From contig SVGI01000001.1 in NCBI GenBank assembly GCA_015056385.1, positions 6,616-70,615 of the forward strand: a stretch of DNA of 64,000 bases, in the 5' to 3' direction. A program made the position numbers and the translations under genes. The DNA comes from Clostridiales bacterium. GTDB taxonomy: Bacteria > Bacillota > Clostridia > HGM11327. Every line of letters starts with the position of its first letter. Within the stretch, counting starts at the first letter, position 1. Below the pieces are notes generated by a model. The model saw only the letters and a list, made by a program, of their open reading frames with translations. It ran no database searches and had not been told where the DNA came from. Below are positions 11,701-22,207 of this stretch, piece by piece.

Positions 11701-13166
11701 ACAGAAAAAGGGTAATAAAAAAGCTTAAGGACTCCATGAATATATATCCCGACGACTCTTTGTTTTCAAGGATAGAGGGGAGGCTTCCCGAGTCCCCGGG
11801 CTCACCTATACTTGTAAAAGGAGGAAAAGGAATGAAAGGCAAATCTCACAAAAAGTGGATAACGGCAACCGCTGTTGCGGCATGCGCCGTATTGATATTG
11901 AGCATAGGAATTTTTTCAGGAGCGATAGACGCTATAACCAAAAGAGCAGACGTAACGGTTGTAATCGACGTCAACCCCTCCGTGGAAATAAGCGTAAATA
12001 AAAGGGACAAGATAACCTATGCCGCCGCGCTTAATGCCGACGGAGAGGCGGTTTTGGGTGATATGCAGCTTGAGGGCGCACATATAAGCGTTGCAGTGAA
12101 TGCTCTTATAGGCTCAATGCTCACAAACGGATATATCACCTCCCATAACAATTCAGTGCTTATATCCGTAAGCGGTAAGGATGCTCAAAGGGCAACGGCT
12201 CTTGAGGAATCCATAATGAATACGGTATCCATGAGAATAAAGGAAAACAACATAAGCGGCTCTCTTATGGGGCAGGTAATAGCAGGTGATGGCGCAGGCA
12301 ACGCCGAGGGCGTGTCGAAGGGCAAGATGGCTCTTGTGGAAGCCATAGTATCCTCCAACGCATCAGCCAACCTCAATAAAGAGGACCTTTATAAGCTGAG
12401 TATAACGGAGCTTGCAATACTTATGGACGAACGGAACATAAGCGCTGACATTCATAAGGACGGGGAGGTATCCAAGGCAAGCCTTATCGGCAGGGATGAG
12501 GCAATAAGGGCAGCCCTTGAAAACGCGGCTCTCAACAGGGAGGACGTACAACGCCTTGAGTGTGAGCTTGATGCCGACGACGGACGTATTGTTTACGAGG
12601 TGGAGTTTGACTACGGCAGCAAGGAATACGAATACGACCTCAACGCCTACACAGGGGAGATAGTATATTCCGTTACAAAGGACAATAAGAACGATGACCG
12701 CCCCTCTGCAGACGTGATAACGGGGGCGGAGGCAAAAAATGCGGCGTTCGCCCATCTGGGAGTAAAGGAGAGCGACGTTAAGGACCTTGACGTTGAGCTT
12801 GAGGATAACGGCGCTTATTACGATGTGGACTTTGAATACGGAGCAAGAGAATATGAATACCGTATCGACGCCGCAACAGGTGAGGTTGTAAACGTACGCG
12901 TTGAGGAGGACGATAACGGCAGCGTCAGCAATACTCCCGCCACACCCTCTGCAAGCATTATTACAAGGGAGGATGCAAGGGCTATTGCCATAGGTAACGC
13001 AAGGGTGGATGCATCTCTTGTGAAGGAATTCAGGATAGAGCTTGATAATGACGACGGCGTATTCGTTTATGAAATAGAGTTCAAGGCGGGCGCAAGGGAA
13101 TACGAATACGAGATAAACGCCGTAACGGGCAAGATAATAGACGTTGACGTGGATATAGATGACTGA
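11697..13166 (+). CDS. Anti-sigma factor-like membrane protein with three C-terminal PepSY repeats
   Basis: Cytoplasmic N-terminus, one TM helix (ITATAVAACAVLILSIGIF), extracellular region with three repeats ending in YEY(D/R/E)...A.TG(E/K)(I/V)V.V, typical of PepSY domains; translationally coupled to the sigma factor. Confidence 0.7.
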   Translation: MNRKRVIKKLKDSMNIYPDDSLFSRIEGRLPESPGSPILVKGGKGMKGKSHKKWITATAVAACAVLILSIGIFSGAIDAITKRADVTVVIDVNPSVEISVNKRDKITYAAALNADGEAVLGDMQLEGAHISVAVNALIGSMLTNGYITSHNNSVLISVSGKDAQRATALEESIMNTVSMRIKENNISGSLMGQVIAGDGAGNAEGVSKGKMALVEAIVSSNASANLNKEDLYKLSITELAILMDERNISADIHKDGEVSKASLIGRDEAIRAALENAALNREDVQRLECELDADDGRIVYEVEFDYGSKEYEYDLNAYTGEIVYSVTKDNKNDDRPSADVITGAEAKNAAFAHLGVKESDVKDLDVELEDNGAYYDVDFEYGAREYEYRIDAATGEVVNVRVEEDDNGSVSNTPATPSASIITREDARAIAIGNARVDASLVKEFRIELDNDDGVFVYEIEFKAGAREYEYEINAVTGKIIDVDVDIDD

Positions 13167-13387
13167 TACGCCCGGCGTATAAAATATAATGAGCTGAACA
13201 GAAAAGAGCGTCACGTATTGCTTAAATAAACATTACCCCACCACCTGCGGCTTTTTGGGCGGGGGTAAGGCCCGGTACAATGCGCAATATGTTATATACA
13301 ATACACAAAAAAGGAGTACGTTTTGTACTCCTTTGTGCTTTACTAACAAATTTCCTACATTATATATAGGTCTATAAATCCCCCGGA

Positions 13388-14092
13388 TTAAATATCCTTG
13401 GGATACTCATGGGACAAAAAGCTTTGCACCCTTCTTTCCCTTACAAGCCTTATATAATCATGAACGCTTGTAAGCCTTTCCTTTACGCCAACGCCGCCTC
13501 CCATAAAGCCATCTACAGAGTGGGAATCGCTTCCCGAGGTAAAGGGAAGGCCAAAGGAATCGGCGTAAAACCTTGCGCGAAGGTCTGTAACGTCGTCGTT
13601 ATGGGATGAATTAAAAACCTCCACGGCGTCTGTCTGGTGGGGGTAAAGGCGCATGCACTTTATCCACTCCTTGTCCCTGAAGGGGTGGGCGTGGACAATA
13701 AAGCCCCCGTCTTTTTTGACCCTTTCAAAGAAAACCCCCATATGCCATTTGTCTACGTCCTTGTTGTTAAGAAGCCAATTCTCATCAAGGCCGTACACCA
13801 AAAGGTCCGTACAGGCGTGGGAAAATTCAAACCCGAAAAATACTGAAAGGCCTATTTTATCCCCCACAGCCCTGGCTTCCTTGTAGCCTGCGGTGAGTAT
13901 GCTTACCTTCTCCTCCCACGGGGCATCCTTGGGGGCTGTTGTGTTGGCATTAAAGAAATGGTCGGTGATAAAAATACCGTCGTACCCTAATTCCTTTGCC
14001 TTTTTCGCCATTTCACCCCCCGTGCTTCTTGCGCACAGGCTTCCCTGGGATGTGTGAACGTGTGGGTCGTAATAGTAAATGCCGTTTTTCAT
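13388..14092 (-). CDS. PHP-domain (polymerase/histidinol phosphatase family) metal-dependent phosphoesterase
   Basis: N-terminal YDPHVHT plus conserved His/Asp motifs (ITDH, HAHPF, GSDSH) of the PHP fold. Confidence 0.8.
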   Translation of the reverse strand: MKNGIYYYDPHVHTSQGSLCARSTGGEMAKKAKELGYDGIFITDHFFNANTTAPKDAPWEEKVSILTAGYKEARAVGDKIGLSVFFGFEFSHACTDLLVYGLDENWLLNNKDVDKWHMGVFFERVKKDGGFIVHAHPFRDKEWIKCMRLYPHQTDAVEVFNSSHNDDVTDLRARFYADSFGLPFTSGSDSHSVDGFMGGGVGVKERLTSVHDYIRLVRERRVQSFLSHEYPKDI

Positions 14093-14112
14093 TGTAAATA
14101 AGGAAGGGTTTA

Positions 14113-14622
14113 TCAGTAGTCGTCGTTATCTCCCGTAGGAAGGTCTCCGGCTATCATGCTTCTTATACCCTTAAGGTCCCCCTTAAGGGCGTTCATACCC
14201 TTTACGTAAACGTTTTTAAGGTCGTTTTCAAAGAATTCGTCTGAATACTCGTCTATTCTTTCTGATATAGCGTTGTATGCTATTTCGTTAGACATACCCT
14301 TTACCTTCTTTTCAACGTCGCGTTGGGCAAGCCTGTATGCCAAAAGCTCCCAGAAGGACATATCCTCGAAGTCTGCAATCATTTCCTTAAGGCCCTTATC
14401 GTTGGCGTACTCCTCTGTGGGAAGATAGCCCTCGTAATCCTCATCGAATACTGCGCAGTCCTCCTCAAGGGCAAGACCGTTTTTGAATACGATGCTTTCA
14501 ACCTCGTTGTATGCGTCGTTATCCTCCTCCCGCATCTGCCTTACTGCGTCGAATACGTAGTTTCCGCACCATACAAGCTCCATAAGCTGCTTGTACTGCT
14601 CGTTGGTAAGCTCTAATTTCAT
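14113..14622 (-). CDS. Acidic hypothetical protein
   Basis: ORF 14113..14664; start placed at MKLELT (14622) because a GGAGG RBS sits 8 nt upstream. No family recognised. Confidence 0.55.
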   Translation of the reverse strand: MKLELTNEQYKQLMELVWCGNYVFDAVRQMREEDNDAYNEVESIVFKNGLALEEDCAVFDEDYEGYLPTEEYANDKGLKEMIADFEDMSFWELLAYRLAQRDVEKKVKGMSNEIAYNAISERIDEYSDEFFENDLKNVYVKGMNALKGDLKGIRSMIAGDLPTGDNDDY

Positions 14623-14670
14623 TTTGTTACCTCCAATGTGGGGCTTAAAACAGCCCGAAAACAAATACTG

Positions 14671-14832
14671 TTATTCAGGAAAATATCCGCTGAAAACAAG
14701 AAGATATGCAATTACTGCCAAAAACACAAGGACAAGTATTATCTTTAATATCTTACCTGCAAATTTCAGCGCAAGTATAACGGCCAGCACCGCCAAAACC
14801 GTGTACAGTATACCCTCAAGTGTAGGGTTCAT
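14671..14832 (-). CDS. Unannotated 53-aa two-TM small membrane protein
   Basis: ATG at 14832 preceded by GGAGG with 7-nt spacing; translation MNPTLEGILYTVLAVLAVILALKFAGKILKIILVLVFLAVIAYLLVFSGYFPE; below the 60-aa ORF cutoff. Confidence 0.4.
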   Translation of the reverse strand: MNPTLEGILYTVLAVLAVILALKFAGKILKIILVLVFLAVIAYLLVFSGYFPE

Positions 14833-14851
14833 TCTTTATCCTCCGTAAGCC

Positions 14852-15583
14852 TTATCTTTTAGAAAGCCATTCCTCTGCCTGTGCAAGGTCCTCGGGGGTA
14901 TTTACACCCATTATTTCATCAATATTGGTGTTTGTGTAGGTGTAAACCCTTTCATTATTTGCAAGGAATTCATAGGGAACGTCTGTAAGGTAGTATTCGC
15001 CCTGTGCGTTTTCATTTTTAAGGTTGTCAAGATATGCAAAAAGCTTCTTTGCATTGAATACGTACACACCCATATTTACCTCGGAGATAAGCTTTTGATC
15101 GGGTGTGCAGTCCCTGTCCTCAACAACCTTGGCAAAGTAGCCGTTTTCATCTCTTATAATTCTGCCCCATGGGGGAATAGGTGTTACGTCTGCCGTCATA
15201 AGAGTACAGAGTGAATTGTTTTTCTTATGCTCCTCAATAAGCGCGAGGTAGGATTCCTTACGTACAAGGGGCATATCACCGTAGGCAATAAGCACGTCGC
15301 CGTCGTAATCCCTGAAGGCCTCCCTTGCACATCTTACTGCGTGGCCCGTACCGAGCTGAAGGTCCTGAACGCTGTATGTGAACTCATCGCCAAGGTGGCT
15401 CATAACGCTTTCCTTTTTATATCCTACCACGATATGTATATCCTTATGCTCCACGAAGCTAACTGAATTGATAACGTGGTCTATAAGGGGCTTATCGCAG
15501 GCCTGTGCCATAACCTTAGGGTCGTTTTCTGTGATTTTACCGAGGCGCTTGCCTCTTCCTGCTGCAAGAATGATTACTTTCAT
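14852..15583 (-). CDS. Sugar-phosphate nucleotidyltransferase (GlmU N-terminal domain-like, no acetyltransferase domain)
   Basis: Glycine-rich N-terminus (ILAAGRGKRL) and overall fold motifs of nucleotidyl transferases; 243 aa, no left-handed beta-helix. Confidence 0.75.
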   Translation of the reverse strand: MKVIILAAGRGKRLGKITENDPKVMAQACDKPLIDHVINSVSFVEHKDIHIVVGYKKESVMSHLGDEFTYSVQDLQLGTGHAVRCAREAFRDYDGDVLIAYGDMPLVRKESYLALIEEHKKNNSLCTLMTADVTPIPPWGRIIRDENGYFAKVVEDRDCTPDQKLISEVNMGVYVFNAKKLFAYLDNLKNENAQGEYYLTDVPYEFLANNERVYTYTNTNIDEIMGVNTPEDLAQAEEWLSKR

Positions 15584-15627
15584 TTTTTTTACAACTTCTT
15601 TCTGTTATTTATGTATTGAGAGGGGGG

Positions 15628-17226
15628 TTAATTAATCCCTGCTCTTACGCTCATATATTGGGTGTATTCGTTTATGCCTGCCTCGTTAAGCTTCACAACG
15701 TATTCAGGCCAGCTATCCGAGGTGTATTCGCCTTTTCGGTAGCCCTCAATAAAGTCGTTTGTTATTTTTGTGATAGCCTCCTCTATTTCGTAGTACCTGG
15801 AAAGCTCCGAAAGGCTTCCCAAGCCTGTGAACTGTGAGGCGAAGCTTATGGGGAGAACTGCCTTATACTTGTTTGACGCAACAAGCTTTTCACCGAAGGC
15901 AAACTTGTTTTCCACAGGGGAAATTATTTTGGAGTAGGGAACAGCCGCAAGTATTCTTCCCGGGGCAATATCCGGAGTAATGCTTCCTGCTGTCTTCGGG
16001 TCTAAATAGGGGGTGTAATCCTCGTTGAAGTATCTTAAAAATACCCACTGACCGTCTATAAAAACGTAGCCCTCACCGTATTCACCAAAGGCGCACCACA
16101 TAGCCCCCTCATCTGTACAAAGCCAGTCAACGAAGGCTACAAGCCTTTTTGCAAGCTCCTCGTTATCCGTTGCGGCAATAACCACCGCCTCGTTTACAAA
16201 GGGAGAGTCAAGCTCTATAACGGGTGCATAGCCACCTGAGGAAATAAGAGTGTCGGACTGAGCCCAGACAGAGAAAATATCCGTATCCTTCTGAAGCTCC
16301 TGAACGGAAATATATCTGTAAAGGTCTGTGTATTCTATTACCTGGAGTGAGTTTTTTGTGGCGCTCAGATAGTCCGCGTCGCCCGTACCAACCTGGGTAA
16401 GGCGCCCCTCGGCGTCAGTGGGAACAAGCCCCTCCTTTTCAAATTTCATAAGCCAGTCCAGAGCGCTTAAATAGCGTGAATCACTGTAAAGATAGAAGAG
16501 GTTGCCGCTTGAGGACTGCTGCCACGTGTCTGATGAAAGGCCGTGGGCGTTTAATATGGCGTTGAACTGCTGTGGCTCGTGCCTGTTCATCCAGGGAATG
16601 GATGAGGGGAACTCCGTTTTGTATGCGGAGAGTATATCGTAAAGCTCCTGAAGCGTTGTGGGGAATACAAGGGACCTTTCATCGAAAAAGCTCTTCTTGT
16701 ATATGTAGCCCTGGGGCGTCTGCTGACTCATGGGCAGAAGCATATATACGTTGCCGTCCTCGTGGGTAAGCATATTCTGTACCGTATCCCAGGACGTACG
16801 GCCTGCGCTCCACATTTTCTGGTATGAAAGGAGCTTTCCCCAATAGGAGGAAAGATTCAGAAGCTTGCCGTCTGAAGCAAGTGATTTGGCGGCTTCTGTG
16901 GAGATGCCTGTTGCAATATCCACCTCGTAGCCTGAGGAGAAAAGTGAAAATATTGCGGAATCGTCCTGCACGTAGTAAAGGGGCATTTCCTTTACCCTTA
17001 TGGAAAAGTTTTCAAGGAGAAATTCAAGGGCTTTGGAGCCAAGAGTGCTTGTGGCAACCCTTGCCCACCTTACGTCGAGAATCTTGCCGGACACAACAGG
17101 GGAGGGCGGTACTATTACCTGTGGGGTACCCTGGGGCACGGCGGGAGTAACCTCGGTACATGCGCATACCGAGATAAAGCATACCCCTATAAAAAGCATA
17201 GCCAGAATTTTTTTGATTTTAGCCAT
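15628..17226 (-). CDS. Extracellular solute-binding lipoprotein (paralog of 7547..9259); no adjacent permease genes
   Basis: Signal peptide with lipobox (CACT), Pro/Val-rich linker, SBP family-1-like body. Confidence 0.65.
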   Translation of the reverse strand: MAKIKKILAMLFIGVCFISVCACTEVTPAVPQGTPQVIVPPSPVVSGKILDVRWARVATSTLGSKALEFLLENFSIRVKEMPLYYVQDDSAIFSLFSSGYEVDIATGISTEAAKSLASDGKLLNLSSYWGKLLSYQKMWSAGRTSWDTVQNMLTHEDGNVYMLLPMSQQTPQGYIYKKSFFDERSLVFPTTLQELYDILSAYKTEFPSSIPWMNRHEPQQFNAILNAHGLSSDTWQQSSSGNLFYLYSDSRYLSALDWLMKFEKEGLVPTDAEGRLTQVGTGDADYLSATKNSLQVIEYTDLYRYISVQELQKDTDIFSVWAQSDTLISSGGYAPVIELDSPFVNEAVVIAATDNEELAKRLVAFVDWLCTDEGAMWCAFGEYGEGYVFIDGQWVFLRYFNEDYTPYLDPKTAGSITPDIAPGRILAAVPYSKIISPVENKFAFGEKLVASNKYKAVLPISFASQFTGLGSLSELSRYYEIEEAITKITNDFIEGYRKGEYTSDSWPEYVVKLNEAGINEYTQYMSVRAGIN

Positions 17227-17260
17227 GGGTATTGCCCCTTTCTCCTTTTTTTGAAATACC

Positions 17261-18361
17261 TTATGCGTTTACCGCCTTAAGGTAGCCTATCATAAACAAA
17301 TCAAGCTCACCGTCCATAACGGCGTCAATGCTTGACGTTTCAATATCCGTTCTGTGGTCCTTAACAAGTGTGTAGGGGCAGAAAACGTAGGAGCGTATCT
17401 GTGAGCCCCATTCGATTTTTTTAAGCTCACCCTGAATGGCAAGGCGGTTTTCCATTTCCTGCTGCTCCTTTAAGGCAAGAAGCTTACCGCGGAGCATATT
17501 CATAGCGGTTTCCCTGTTCTGAATCTGTGAGCGCTCGTTCTGACACTGTACAACTATACCTGTGGGCAGATGAGTAATACGGATAGCGGATTCTGTTTTG
17601 TTAACGTGCTGACCGCCTGCGCCTGATGAACGGTAGGTATCTACCTTAAGGTCCTCGGGGCGTATGGTAACGGTGTTGTCGCTTTCAAGCTCGGGCATAA
17701 CGTCAACAGAAACGAAGGACGTATGGCGGCGCTTTGCTGAATCGAAGGGAGAAATTCTTACAAGGCGGTGAATACCCCTTTCGGAGCGGAGGTATCCGTA
17801 TGCGTTTTCACCTGTAATACGTATGGATACGCCCTTTACACCTGCCTCATCACCCTCAAGGAAGTCAAGGGTTGAAACGTCGAAGCCCTTTGTGGCTGCC
17901 CAGCGGGTGTACATACGAAGGAGCATAGAGCACCAGTCGCATGCCTCTGTGCCGCCTGCGCCTGCGTGAAGGCTTACGATAACGTTGTTGTTATCGTACT
18001 CGCCTGTGAAAAGCGTTTCAAGGCGAAGCTTTTCCATATCCGCAGAGGCGTCCTCAAGCTCTGTTTCAGCCTCGGCGAGGGAAGCGTCGTCCCCGTCTGC
18101 CTCGTAGAATTCAAGAAGAGTGGTTATATCCTCAAGCTTTTGGGTGAATGCATCTATGGTTTCAAGCTTTGCTGTATATTCCTTAAGCTTTCTGTTGAGC
18201 TTATTCATTTTCTCCGGGCTTCCCCAGACGTCCGGGTCGGACATGGAAAGATTAAGCTCCTCCACCTGCTGACGCATAAAGTTAGGGTTAAGGGCTTCCT
18301 CAACCTGCTTAAGCACGTCCTCAAGGTAATGTAATTTTTCTTTTGCGGCCTCTATTTGCAT
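17261..18361 (-). CDS. prfB: Peptide chain release factor 2
   Basis: Shares the class-I release-factor core (GGQ motif GAGGQHVNKTES) with RF1; the prfB call rests on size and position downstream of secA, since no RF2-specific tripeptide motif was identified. Single continuous ORF, no +1 programmed frameshift site (CTT AAC, not CTT TGA C). Confidence 0.9.
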   Translation of the reverse strand: MQIEAAKEKLHYLEDVLKQVEEALNPNFMRQQVEELNLSMSDPDVWGSPEKMNKLNRKLKEYTAKLETIDAFTQKLEDITTLLEFYEADGDDASLAEAETELEDASADMEKLRLETLFTGEYDNNNVIVSLHAGAGGTEACDWCSMLLRMYTRWAATKGFDVSTLDFLEGDEAGVKGVSIRITGENAYGYLRSERGIHRLVRISPFDSAKRRHTSFVSVDVMPELESDNTVTIRPEDLKVDTYRSSGAGGQHVNKTESAIRITHLPTGIVVQCQNERSQIQNRETAMNMLRGKLLALKEQQEMENRLAIQGELKKIEWGSQIRSYVFCPYTLVKDHRTDIETSSIDAVMDGELDLFMIGYLKAVNA

Positions 18362-18394
18362 ATCGTTATCCTTTCAGTATAGGCTCAAGTTAAA

Positions 18395-21064
18395 TCATGC
18401 TTCGTTTTTACCGCAGCACTGCTTATATTTTTTACCGCTTCCGCAGGGGCACGGGTCGTTCCTGCCGGGCTTTTTATCTGATTTTTTAGGCATATTCACT
18501 CCGCCTGCGGGAATGGGGGCCTGCCTTGTGGGAGGGGGTACACCCTCCTTTACTACTCTTATAGCAAAAAGGAGCTTTACTGTTTCCTGCTTTATGGCGT
18601 AGGTCATTTCATCGAACATATCAAAGCCCTCGCGCTTGTATTCAACAACAGGGTCCCTCTGGGCCAGGGCTCTTAATGAAATGCCCTCGCGCAGGCTTGC
18701 CATATCGTCTATGTGGTCCATCCACTTTCTGTCAACAGTCTGTAAGAGCACTTGCCTTTCAAGTGAGCGCATAGCCTCGGGTGAGTTTGCCTCCTCATGG
18801 CGGGCGTATTCCTCCTTTGCCTCCTTTAATATGGCTTCCTTAAGTGATTGGCTTGTAAGGGTTGCTATCTGGCTTTCAGTAAATGATATAAGCCCACGGG
18901 GGAGAAATTGCTGCTCAAGATAATCCGTAAGGCTGTTAAGGTCGGGGCCGTTTTCACCGCCGTCGTTCCAGAAGGTGTCCACAGCCTCGTCTATAAGGTC
19001 CTCGAGCATACCCATAATGAAATCGTGAACGTTTTCGCCCTCAAGAACCATTCTGCGCTGGGAGTAAATTATCTCCCTCTGCTTGTTCATAACGTCGTCG
19101 TATTCAAGAACGTGCTTACGTGATGCGTAGTTTACGCTTTCAACCTTCTTCTGGGCGCTTTCGATTTGCCTTGACATTATTGCCATATCAACGGGCATAT
19201 CCGTATCAAGGTTGAAGGACTGCATTATCATAGCCATACGCTCTCCGCCGAAGCGGCGCATAAGGTCGTCCTCAAAGGAAAGGTAGAATTTTGATGAGCC
19301 CGGGTCACCCTGACGGCCTGCGCGGCCGCGAAGCTGGTTATCTATACGCCTGCTTTCGTGCCTTTCCGTACCGATTATGCGAAGACCTCCCACGGCAAGA
19401 ACCTTTTCCTTCTCCGCAAGAGTTTCCTTTTTGTATTCCGCAATAAGCTCATTGAGCCTTGCGCGTGTTGCCATAAGCTCCTCATCGCTTGATGCCTCGT
19501 GGCCGCTTGCCCGTGCAATAAGGTCCTCGTCAACACCAAGGCGCTTAAGCTCCTGCTTTGCCATTGTTTCGGGGTTACCGCCTAAAATAATATCCGTACC
19601 GCGGCCTGCCATATTGGTAGCTATGGTAACTGCGCCAAAGCGGCCTGCCTGGGCAACTATCTCCGCCTCGCGCTCGTGGTTTTTGGCGTTCAAAACGTTG
19701 TGCTTTATGCCCTTTGCTTTTATAAGCTTGCTTAAAAATTCGGATTTTTCAACGCTTACCGTACCTACGAGAACGGGCTGACCGCGCTTTGCGCAGTCCT
19801 CGATATCCGCAACAATGGCGGCGTACTTGTATTTAAGCTTGGTATATACGGCGTCGTTCTGGTCGACCCTCTGCATAGGAAGGTTTGTGGGGATTGTTAC
19901 AACGTCAAGTGAATATATGCCCCTGAATTCCTCCTCCTCGGTTTTGGCAGTACCTGTCATACCGCAGAGCTTTTTGTACATTCTGAAGTAGTTCTGGAAG
20001 GTAACAGTGGCAAGTGTTTTGGATTCTCTTTCAACCTTTACGTTTTCCTTGGCTTCAATAGCCTGGTGAAGCCCGTCGCTGTAACGCCTGCCCTGCATAA
20101 GGCGGCCTGTGAATTCGTCAACGATAACAACCTCGCCGTCCCTCACAACGTAGTCAACGTCCCTCTTCATAATGAAGTTAGCCTTAAGGGCCTGCTGAAC
20201 GTGGTGGGAAAGCTCTACGTTTTCGGGGTCTGAAAGGTTATCCACCTTAAATGCGTATTCAACCTTCTTAATGCCCTCGTCTGTAAGGAATATATTCTTT
20301 TCCTTTTCGTCTGTATCCCAGTCCCCCTTTTTAAGGCGGGAGATAACCCTGTCCACCGTCTGATACATGGAGGTTGATTTATCCCCGGGGCCGGAGATTA
20401 TAAGGGGAGTACGTGCCTCGTCTATAAGAATGGAGTCCACCTCGTCGATAATGGCGTAGTTAAGCTCGCGCTGAACCATAGCCTCCTTGGAGCGTACCAT
20501 ATTGTCCCTTAAATAATCGAAGCCAAGCTCGTTGTTTGTGCCGTAGGTAATGTCGCAGGCGTAGCTTTTCTTACGCTCCTCATAGCTTAAGCCGTGAACT
20601 ATAAGGCCTACCTCAAGGCCCAGGAACGTGAATATCTTGCCCATCCACTGGCTGTCGCGCTTTGCAAGATAGTCGTTAACCGTAACGATGTGAACACCCT
20701 TGCCCGTGAGTGCATTAAGGTATGCGGGGAGAGTTGCAACGAGTGTTTTACCCTCGCCTGTACGCATTTCTGCGATTCTTCCCTCGTGAAGGGCAATACC
20801 GCCCATAAGCTGAACCTTAAAGGGCTTCATGCCTAAAACGCGCCATGCAGCCTCTCTTGCAACTGCAAATGCCTCGGGGAGAATGTCGTCCAATGTGGCG
20901 CCATCCTCTAATCTTTTCTTGAACTTAAACGTATATTCGCGAAGCTCACCGTCGCTCAATACAGACATTTTAGTATCCAATGCCTCTATTCTTGCGGCGA
21001 TAGCCGATAATTGCTTGACCTGCTTTTCGTTGGGGTCTCCAAAAATTTTGGTAAATATGCTCAC
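18395..21064 (-). CDS. secA: Preprotein translocase ATPase SecA
   Basis: 889-aa protein with DEAD-like motor motifs and C-terminal zinc-binding tail [14 protein letters not shown]. Confidence 0.95.
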   Translation of the reverse strand: MSIFTKIFGDPNEKQVKQLSAIAARIEALDTKMSVLSDGELREYTFKFKKRLEDGATLDDILPEAFAVAREAAWRVLGMKPFKVQLMGGIALHEGRIAEMRTGEGKTLVATLPAYLNALTGKGVHIVTVNDYLAKRDSQWMGKIFTFLGLEVGLIVHGLSYEERKKSYACDITYGTNNELGFDYLRDNMVRSKEAMVQRELNYAIIDEVDSILIDEARTPLIISGPGDKSTSMYQTVDRVISRLKKGDWDTDEKEKNIFLTDEGIKKVEYAFKVDNLSDPENVELSHHVQQALKANFIMKRDVDYVVRDGEVVIVDEFTGRLMQGRRYSDGLHQAIEAKENVKVERESKTLATVTFQNYFRMYKKLCGMTGTAKTEEEEFRGIYSLDVVTIPTNLPMQRVDQNDAVYTKLKYKYAAIVADIEDCAKRGQPVLVGTVSVEKSEFLSKLIKAKGIKHNVLNAKNHEREAEIVAQAGRFGAVTIATNMAGRGTDIILGGNPETMAKQELKRLGVDEDLIARASGHEASSDEELMATRARLNELIAEYKKETLAEKEKVLAVGGLRIIGTERHESRRIDNQLRGRAGRQGDPGSSKFYLSFEDDLMRRFGGERMAMIMQSFNLDTDMPVDMAIMSRQIESAQKKVESVNYASRKHVLEYDDVMNKQREIIYSQRRMVLEGENVHDFIMGMLEDLIDEAVDTFWNDGGENGPDLNSLTDYLEQQFLPRGLISFTESQIATLTSQSLKEAILKEAKEEYARHEEANSPEAMRSLERQVLLQTVDRKWMDHIDDMASLREGISLRALAQRDPVVEYKREGFDMFDEMTYAIKQETVKLLFAIRVVKEGVPPPTRQAPIPAGGVNMPKKSDKKPGRNDPCPCGSGKKYKQCCGKNEA

Positions 21065-21209
21065 GGTCAGACCTCCCTTTCAAAACTATATTATATCATA
21101 ATGCAACCCCTTTATCAATGTAATATTATATATAATAAAGTAAACAAAGGAAAATACTGTGTGAAGGGGAGGGCTATTACCTTAACCATATCCGCCCGTT
21201 TACCCCAAA

Positions 21210-21245
21210 AACAAAAGCAGATGCACAATATTTATGCATCTGCTT
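21210..21245 (-). terminator. Terminator between degV and secA
   Basis: Perfect hairpin gcagatgca-caatatttat-tgcatctgc flanked by A/T runs on both sides. Confidence 0.5.
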
Positions 21246-21276
21246 TTTAACGTTTGCTTTATTTTAACGGGATGGT

Positions 21277-22158
21277 TTAATCCTCATCCTTTTCTCTCAT
21301 ATCGCCCATAACGAATACAGCCACCGTGCCGGGGCCTGAATGTGCGCCTATAACAGGGCCGATGTTACCCACGATTACCTCGCTTACGCCCTCATTTTCC
21401 TCAAGCTGCTTTATAAAGGGGGCTATTTCGTCATAACAGTCCCCATGGGAAACGTATACGGTCTGCTTTTGGGATTTATCCATATCTCTTAAGGTTTTGT
21501 CGATAAGGGTCTGTATTGCCTTTTTGCGGCCGCGTACAACGCCCCTCTTAATAAGCTTACCCTCGTTGTTTACGTGCATGCAGGGCTTTAAGTGGAGCAT
21601 GCCGCCTATAATAGCCACTGCCGCGGAAACTCTGCCGCCTCTTCTTAAAAAGTCAAGGTCGTCAACTGTAAACCAGTGGATGGCGCGAAGCACGTTTTCC
21701 TCAAGCCACTTAACTATTTCCTCTGCGCTTGCACCGTTTTCCTTCATACGTACAGCCATATCAACTATAAGGCCCTGACCTGAACATGCGGCAAGTGAGT
21801 CCACAACGTAAAGCTTTGCCTCGGGATAATCCGCAAGAAGATTTTTCTGTGCAAGCTTGCCAACGTTGTAGGTGTAGCTTAATGCAGAGGAGAATGCAAT
21901 ATAAATTGCCTCATCTCCCGCTTCGATTGCATCCTTGAATTCCTTTTCAATATCGTCGTATGCTATCTGGGATGTCTTTGTAACGGAGCCGTTACGCATT
22001 TTTCCGTAGTATTCGCCAAAATTAAAGTCCGGCTCCAGGGCGTATGTCTGCTCTGCCTCATCCACTGAAAAGCGGAGAGGGACGATGCTGATGCCGTGTT
22101 GTTGGACGAAGGAATAGGGAAGGTCGCAGCAGGCGTCTGTAATAATTCTGATTGCCAT
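21277..22158 (-). CDS. DegV family fatty-acid-binding protein
   Basis: 293-aa DegV/EDD-fold sequence (IITDACCDLP...). Confidence 0.85.
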   Translation of the reverse strand: MAIRIITDACCDLPYSFVQQHGISIVPLRFSVDEAEQTYALEPDFNFGEYYGKMRNGSVTKTSQIAYDDIEKEFKDAIEAGDEAIYIAFSSALSYTYNVGKLAQKNLLADYPEAKLYVVDSLAACSGQGLIVDMAVRMKENGASAEEIVKWLEENVLRAIHWFTVDDLDFLRRGGRVSAAVAIIGGMLHLKPCMHVNNEGKLIKRGVVRGRKKAIQTLIDKTLRDMDKSQKQTVYVSHGDCYDEIAPFIKQLEENEGVSEVIVGNIGPVIGAHSGPGTVAVFVMGDMREKDED

Positions 22159-22207
22159 TGTGTATGTGCATCGGGATTTTCCCCGATACAGCCTCCTTCA
22201 TAATGTA

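Noticed and set aside
12363-13214. 283-aa minus-strand ORF overlapping the anti-sigma gene
   Set aside because: The forward frame has coherent TM plus PepSY repeat architecture and translational coupling to the sigma factor. The reverse ORF is Cys/Val-rich low-complexity.
17261-18361. Expected programmed frameshift or pseudogene in prfB
   Set aside because: The reading frame is continuous from an RBS-preceded ATG through the GGQ motif. No internal stop or frameshift is present.
18636-20836. Several 60-134-aa ORFs inside secA on either strand
   Set aside because: Nested within a highly conserved essential gene with a continuous reading frame. No independent signals.
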